NCBI GenBank assembly: GCA_964035545.1
Contig: OZ037765.1
Coordinates: 15,200,698 to 15,264,697 of the forward strand
Direction: 5' to 3'
Length of the DNA stretch: 64,000 nt
Source of the DNA: Bugula neritina
Lineage: Eukaryota > Animalia > Bryozoa
The translations under genes were made by a program, and so were the position numbers. Every line of letters begins with the position of its first letter. Position 1 is the first letter of the stretch. The notes under the pieces were generated by a model that did no database searches, was not told where the DNA came from, and worked only from the letters and a program-made list of their open reading frames with translations. Positions 62,001-64,000 of this stretch are shown one piece after another.

Positions 62001-64000
62001 GCAACACACTGAAAGATACGGCAACATACTGAAGTATACTGCGACACATTGAAATATACTGCAGCATACTGAAATACTCTGTAGCATACTGAAATATACT
62101 GTAACACACTGAAATATACTGCAACATACTGAAATACATTGTAACATACTGAAATATACTGCAACATACTGAAATACACCGTAACATACTGAAATATACT
62201 GCAACATACTGCAACATACCGAAATACACTGTAACATACTGAAATACACTGCAACATACTGCAACATACTGAAATACACTGGAACATATTGAAACACACT
62301 ACAACACATTGAAATATACTGCAACACACTGAAACATACAGCAATATACCAAAATATACTGCGACACATTGACATATACTGCAACATAGTTAAATAAAAT
62401 GCAAGATACTGCAATATTCTGAAATACACTGTGACATACTGAAATACACTGCAACATACTGCAACATACTGCAACATACTGCAACATACTGCAACATACT
62501 GAAATACACTGTAAAATATTGAAGTGCACTGCAACACATTGAAATATACTGCAACACACTGAAATATACGGCAACATACTGAAATATACTGCAACACATT
62601 GAAATATACTGCAACATAGTCAAATATAATGCAAGATACTGTAACATTCTGAAATACACTGTGACATACTGAAATACACTGCAACATACTGCTACATACT
62701 GCAACATACTGCAACATATTGAAATACACTGTCACATATTGAAGTACACTGCAACACATTGAAATATACTGCAACACACTGAAACATACGGCAACATACT
62801 GAAATATACTGCAACACATTGAAATATACTGCAACATACTGAAATATGCTGTAGTATACTAAAATACACTGCAACACAGTGAAGTATACTGTAAAATACA
62901 GAAATATACTGTAACATACTGAAACATATGTCAGAATACTGAAATGTACTGCGACATGCTGAAATATATTGCAACATACTGAATAACACTGTAACATACT
63001 CAATTACACTGCAACAAACTGCAACATACTGAACTACGCTGTAACATATTGAAATACGCTCCAACACATTGAAAGAAACTGCAACATACCTAAATATACG
63101 ATAATATACTGAAATATACTGTAACACATTAAAAAACATTGCAACATACTGAAACATGCTGTAGCACACTGAAATACACTGCAACATACTGAAATACACT
63201 GTAAAATACTGAAATACACCGCAACATACTGCAACATACTGAAATACACCGTAACCAACTGGAATATGCTGTAGCACACTGAAATATACTGCAACATACT
63301 GAAATATAATGCAAGTTACTACAACATACTGAAATACACTGTAACCAACTGGAATATACTGTAACACACTGAAATATACTGCAACACACTGCAACATACT
63401 GAAATACACTGTGACATACTGAAATACACTGCAACTTATTACAACATATTGAAATACACTGCAACACAATAAAATATACTGCAACACACTGAAACATACG
63501 GCAACATATTGAAATATACTGCAACACATTGAAATATACCGCAACATACTGAAATATGCTGTAGCACACTGAAATACACTTCAACCAACTGCAACATACT
63601 GAAATACACTGGAACATATTGAAATACACTACAACACATTGAAATATACTGCAACACACTGAAACATACAGCAACATACTGAAATATACTGCGACACATT
63701 GAGATATACTGCAACATAGTTCACTATAATGCAAGATAATGCAACATACTGAAATACACTGCAACACATTGAAATAAACCGCAACATACCTAAATATACG
63801 GTAACATACTGAAATATACTGTAACACATTGAAAAACATTGTAACATACTGAAACATACTGAAATATGCTGTAGCACACTGAAATACACCGCAATTCACT
63901 GAAAAATAGTGTAATATACGGAAATGTACCGTAACATACTGAAATATACTGTAACAGACTGAAATGTACTGTAACACACTGAAATATACTGCAACATGCT
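57160..64000. repeat. 4142-bp near-identical tandem duplication running off the window end
   Basis: Identical translated ORFs at +4142 (57260/61402; 57300/61442; 57697/61839; 58590/62732; 59487/63629). Otherwise private variants (AATACCCTGTCAC, ACACTGTGCCATAC) are shared. Confidence 0.88.

Larger units (their letters stand above)
20240..64000. repeat. 10-bp/20-bp satellite array, segment 3
   Basis: Uninterrupted by foreign sequence to the right window edge, same orientation, increasingly variant-rich after about 38,500. Confidence 0.98.

Noticed and set aside
165-63977. Hundreds of minus-strand ORFs (60-913 aa) rich in C/S/V/Y/Q/F as protein-coding genes
   Set aside because: They overlap in all three frames with the same repetitive peptide, follow directly from the 10-bp monomer lacking minus-strand stops, and show no codon-position bias or domain-like sequence.
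1-64000. CRISPR array or other repeat-spacer system
   Set aside because: There are no unique spacers: all inter-landmark sequence is the same degenerate 10-mer. No cas genes or leader are present.
1-64000. Telomeric repeat array
   Set aside because: There are no G-runs on either strand, and the heavily variant, hierarchically duplicated units are unlike telomerase-templated repeats.

Overview
This window is almost entirely one eukaryote-type satellite array in a single orientation. The base unit is a 10-bp monomer (consensus GHAAYAYACT), usually arranged as a 20-bp dimer (GCAACATACT/GTAACATACT + GAAATATACT/GAAATACACT). It is layered into higher-order repeats of about 210, 600, 720, 970, 1290, 1970-1980, 2550, 3236, 4142 and 5629 bp, plus a long-range duplication at 25-29 kb offset. 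The only non-satellite DNA is two copies of the same 756-bp non-autonomous DNA transposon (MITE-like; 16516-17271 and 19484-20239). Each has 23-bp CAC...GTG terminal inverted repeats and a 2-bp target-site duplication (AA and AT respectively), confirmed by empty paralogous sites elsewhere in the array. That signature best fits the CMC/EnSpm (CACTA-related) group. The copies are independent insertions at nearly the same position of the monomer, about 2% diverged, and carry internal motifs repeated at exactly 180 bp that resemble the satellite core. No credible protein-coding or RNA gene is visible: the hundreds of minus-strand Cys/Val/Tyr/Gln-rich ORFs are an artefact of the stop-free minus strand of the repeat. 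The host species and chromosomal location cannot be determined from the sequence alone.
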